A program made the translations under genes and the position numbers. A stretch of 64,000 bases of DNA, taken from assembly GCA_002269645.1 (NCBI GenBank), contig NIVC01000625.1:308879-372878 (forward strand). Direction: 5' to 3'. Each line of letters opens with the position of its first letter. Within the stretch, counting starts at the first letter, position 1. The notes beneath the pieces are model-generated. The model was not told where the DNA came from. It saw nothing but the letters and a program-made list of their open reading frames with translations, and did not search any database. This stretch comes from Macrostomum lignano (lineage: Eukaryota). Below are positions 62,597 to 64,000 of this stretch, piece after piece.

Positions 62597-63813
62597 ATGT
62601 TCGAAGGCGCCTTCATCAAGCGCAGGTTCGGCCTGAACGCCACTGAATGCGGCCCGCTGCGGCCCATGCTGAACTTCAGCAGGGACCAGCTGGTCAGCCG
62701 GTCCTGCGACTCTGCCGACGTCACCATGTCCTACGCCCTGCTGCCCGCCTCCCTGCTGGCCCTGCTGCTCAGCCTCACCGCCCTGCAGGTGCTCAGGTCG
62801 CCCCGGCACCGGCGCAACGCCTTCCGGTTCTCCCTGGCTGCGCTGAGCGCCTGCCAGTGCCTCTACCTGCTGTGCGCCACCCTGGACTTCGCCAACCTGG
62901 CCAGCGGGGCCTGCCTGTACTGGTCGCAGCCGGACAAGCACGCCAGGGTGCTGCTGGCAGGCATCGTCTGCTGCCTGGGCGACAGCTTCCTGAGCCTGCG
63001 CAACTGGTGCTACGTGCTGATCACGGCGCAGCGGGCCGAGGCCCTGGCCTGCCCTCTGCGCGGCCGGAAGCTGCTGCGGCCGAGGAACTTCCTGCTGGGC
63101 CTCGGCGTGGCCTGGCTGGCCGCCCTGCTGCTGGCCGTCACCCGGTCCCTCGCCGAGGTCTTCGTTGTCTGCGAGGACGCCGAGGCCGATCAGACAGTCG
63201 GGCACGTCGGCATGCCGGCCAAGGCCCAGGACTCTGACCTGGAGGACACCTACAACTTCCTCAACGGTAGCTGGTTCGACAAGTTCGAGGTTGGTGCCTA
63301 CTTCCTGTACCAGACGAATGGGCCCATTGCTCTGGTGATATTCTTCACGGTTGTCATGGTCGTCAAGATGTTCAAGAGCAGCAACGACAGTCGGCAGGAG
63401 CAGCGGCAGTCAGAGAGACAGCAGCCGCAGGCGCGGCTTCAGCTGGTGCAGACCAGCCGGATGCGGAGCAACAAGCTGTACGCCAGCCGCACCGTCCTGT
63501 GCATGGCGCTGGTGTTCTCCGTGCTGCACCTGCCCGCCTTCGTGGGCACCGCGCGCTGCAGAACTTCTCTCCAGACTTCGACATTACCAGCACCTATGGC
63601 AAAGCGTTCCAGGGCGTCTGCGAGGTCAGCCTGCTGCTGGACTTCATCTGCACCGTCCTGGTGCTGATCGCCTTTGTGCCCGAGTTCAAGTACGCCTGCT
63701 CCAACCGCTGCTGCTGCTGCTGCCGGGCCCGCCAACGTCAGCCGAGGCCAGCGGTGCGGCAGGCAGCTTGCAGGCAGCGGGCCAGGCGGCAGCTGGCTGA
63801 TGCCGCCGTCTGA
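62597..63813 (+). CDS. Class A (rhodopsin-like, peptide-receptor-type) GPCR with an apparent 2-nt frameshift before TM7
   Basis: N-glycosylation sites NAT and NFS, six hydrophobic helices, DRY-equivalent ITAQRAEALACPLR and TM6 VFSVLHLPAFV. TM7/helix 8 (SLLLDFICTVLVLIAFVPEFKY...CCCCC) is in another frame from 63556. Removing 2 nt of GCGCGC (63551-63556) gives a protein of about 404 aa. Confidence 0.75.
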
Positions 63814-63827
63814 TTGGGAGATGCGGT

Positions 63828-64000
63828 ACAATCACGTGACTTATTGCCGCCTGACTGGGGAAGTGTTTCGATTACGTGACTTATTGCCGTCTGTCTTGGG
63901 AAGGCAATTTAATCACGTGACTTATTGCCGTCTGTCTGGGGAGGTGGTTCAATCACGTGACTTATTGCCGCCTGACTGGGGAGGTGGTTCAATCACGTGA
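63828..64000. repeat. 40-bp tandem repeat containing TCACGTGA (continues past the window end)
   Basis: AATCACGTGACTTATTGCCGCCTGACTGGGGAGGTGGTTC. Confidence 0.88.

Overview
Eukaryotic (animal) genomic DNA with GC-rich spliced exons and introns/intergenic spacers packed with unrelated minisatellites. TTAGGG repeats, a two-domain small HSP and this repeat style suggest a free-living flatworm such as Macrostomum (inference, not verified). Hand-built gene models with consistent splice phases: SMG9 (+), a single-TM polyQ orphan (+), a short orphan (-), PTPDC1 (+), another orphan (-), a GPI-anchored Ly6/uPAR protein (+), a peroxisomal ABCD transporter (-), two identical small-HSP genes in a tail-to-tail palindrome of about 4.6 kb with perfect heat-shock elements, an NWD1/2-like NACHT protein (-) and a frameshifted class-A GPCR (+). 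Most other ORFs in the track are shadow or repeat-derived frames. The best leads are: the sHSP palindrome folding back inside a minisatellite, with an older diverged HSE module beside it; minisatellites whose unit straddles a splice donor; tRNA-like heads followed by minisatellites and an interstitial telomere tract; an unnamed dispersed repeat; and CpG-void blocks. No database searches were run, so family calls rest on recalled motifs.
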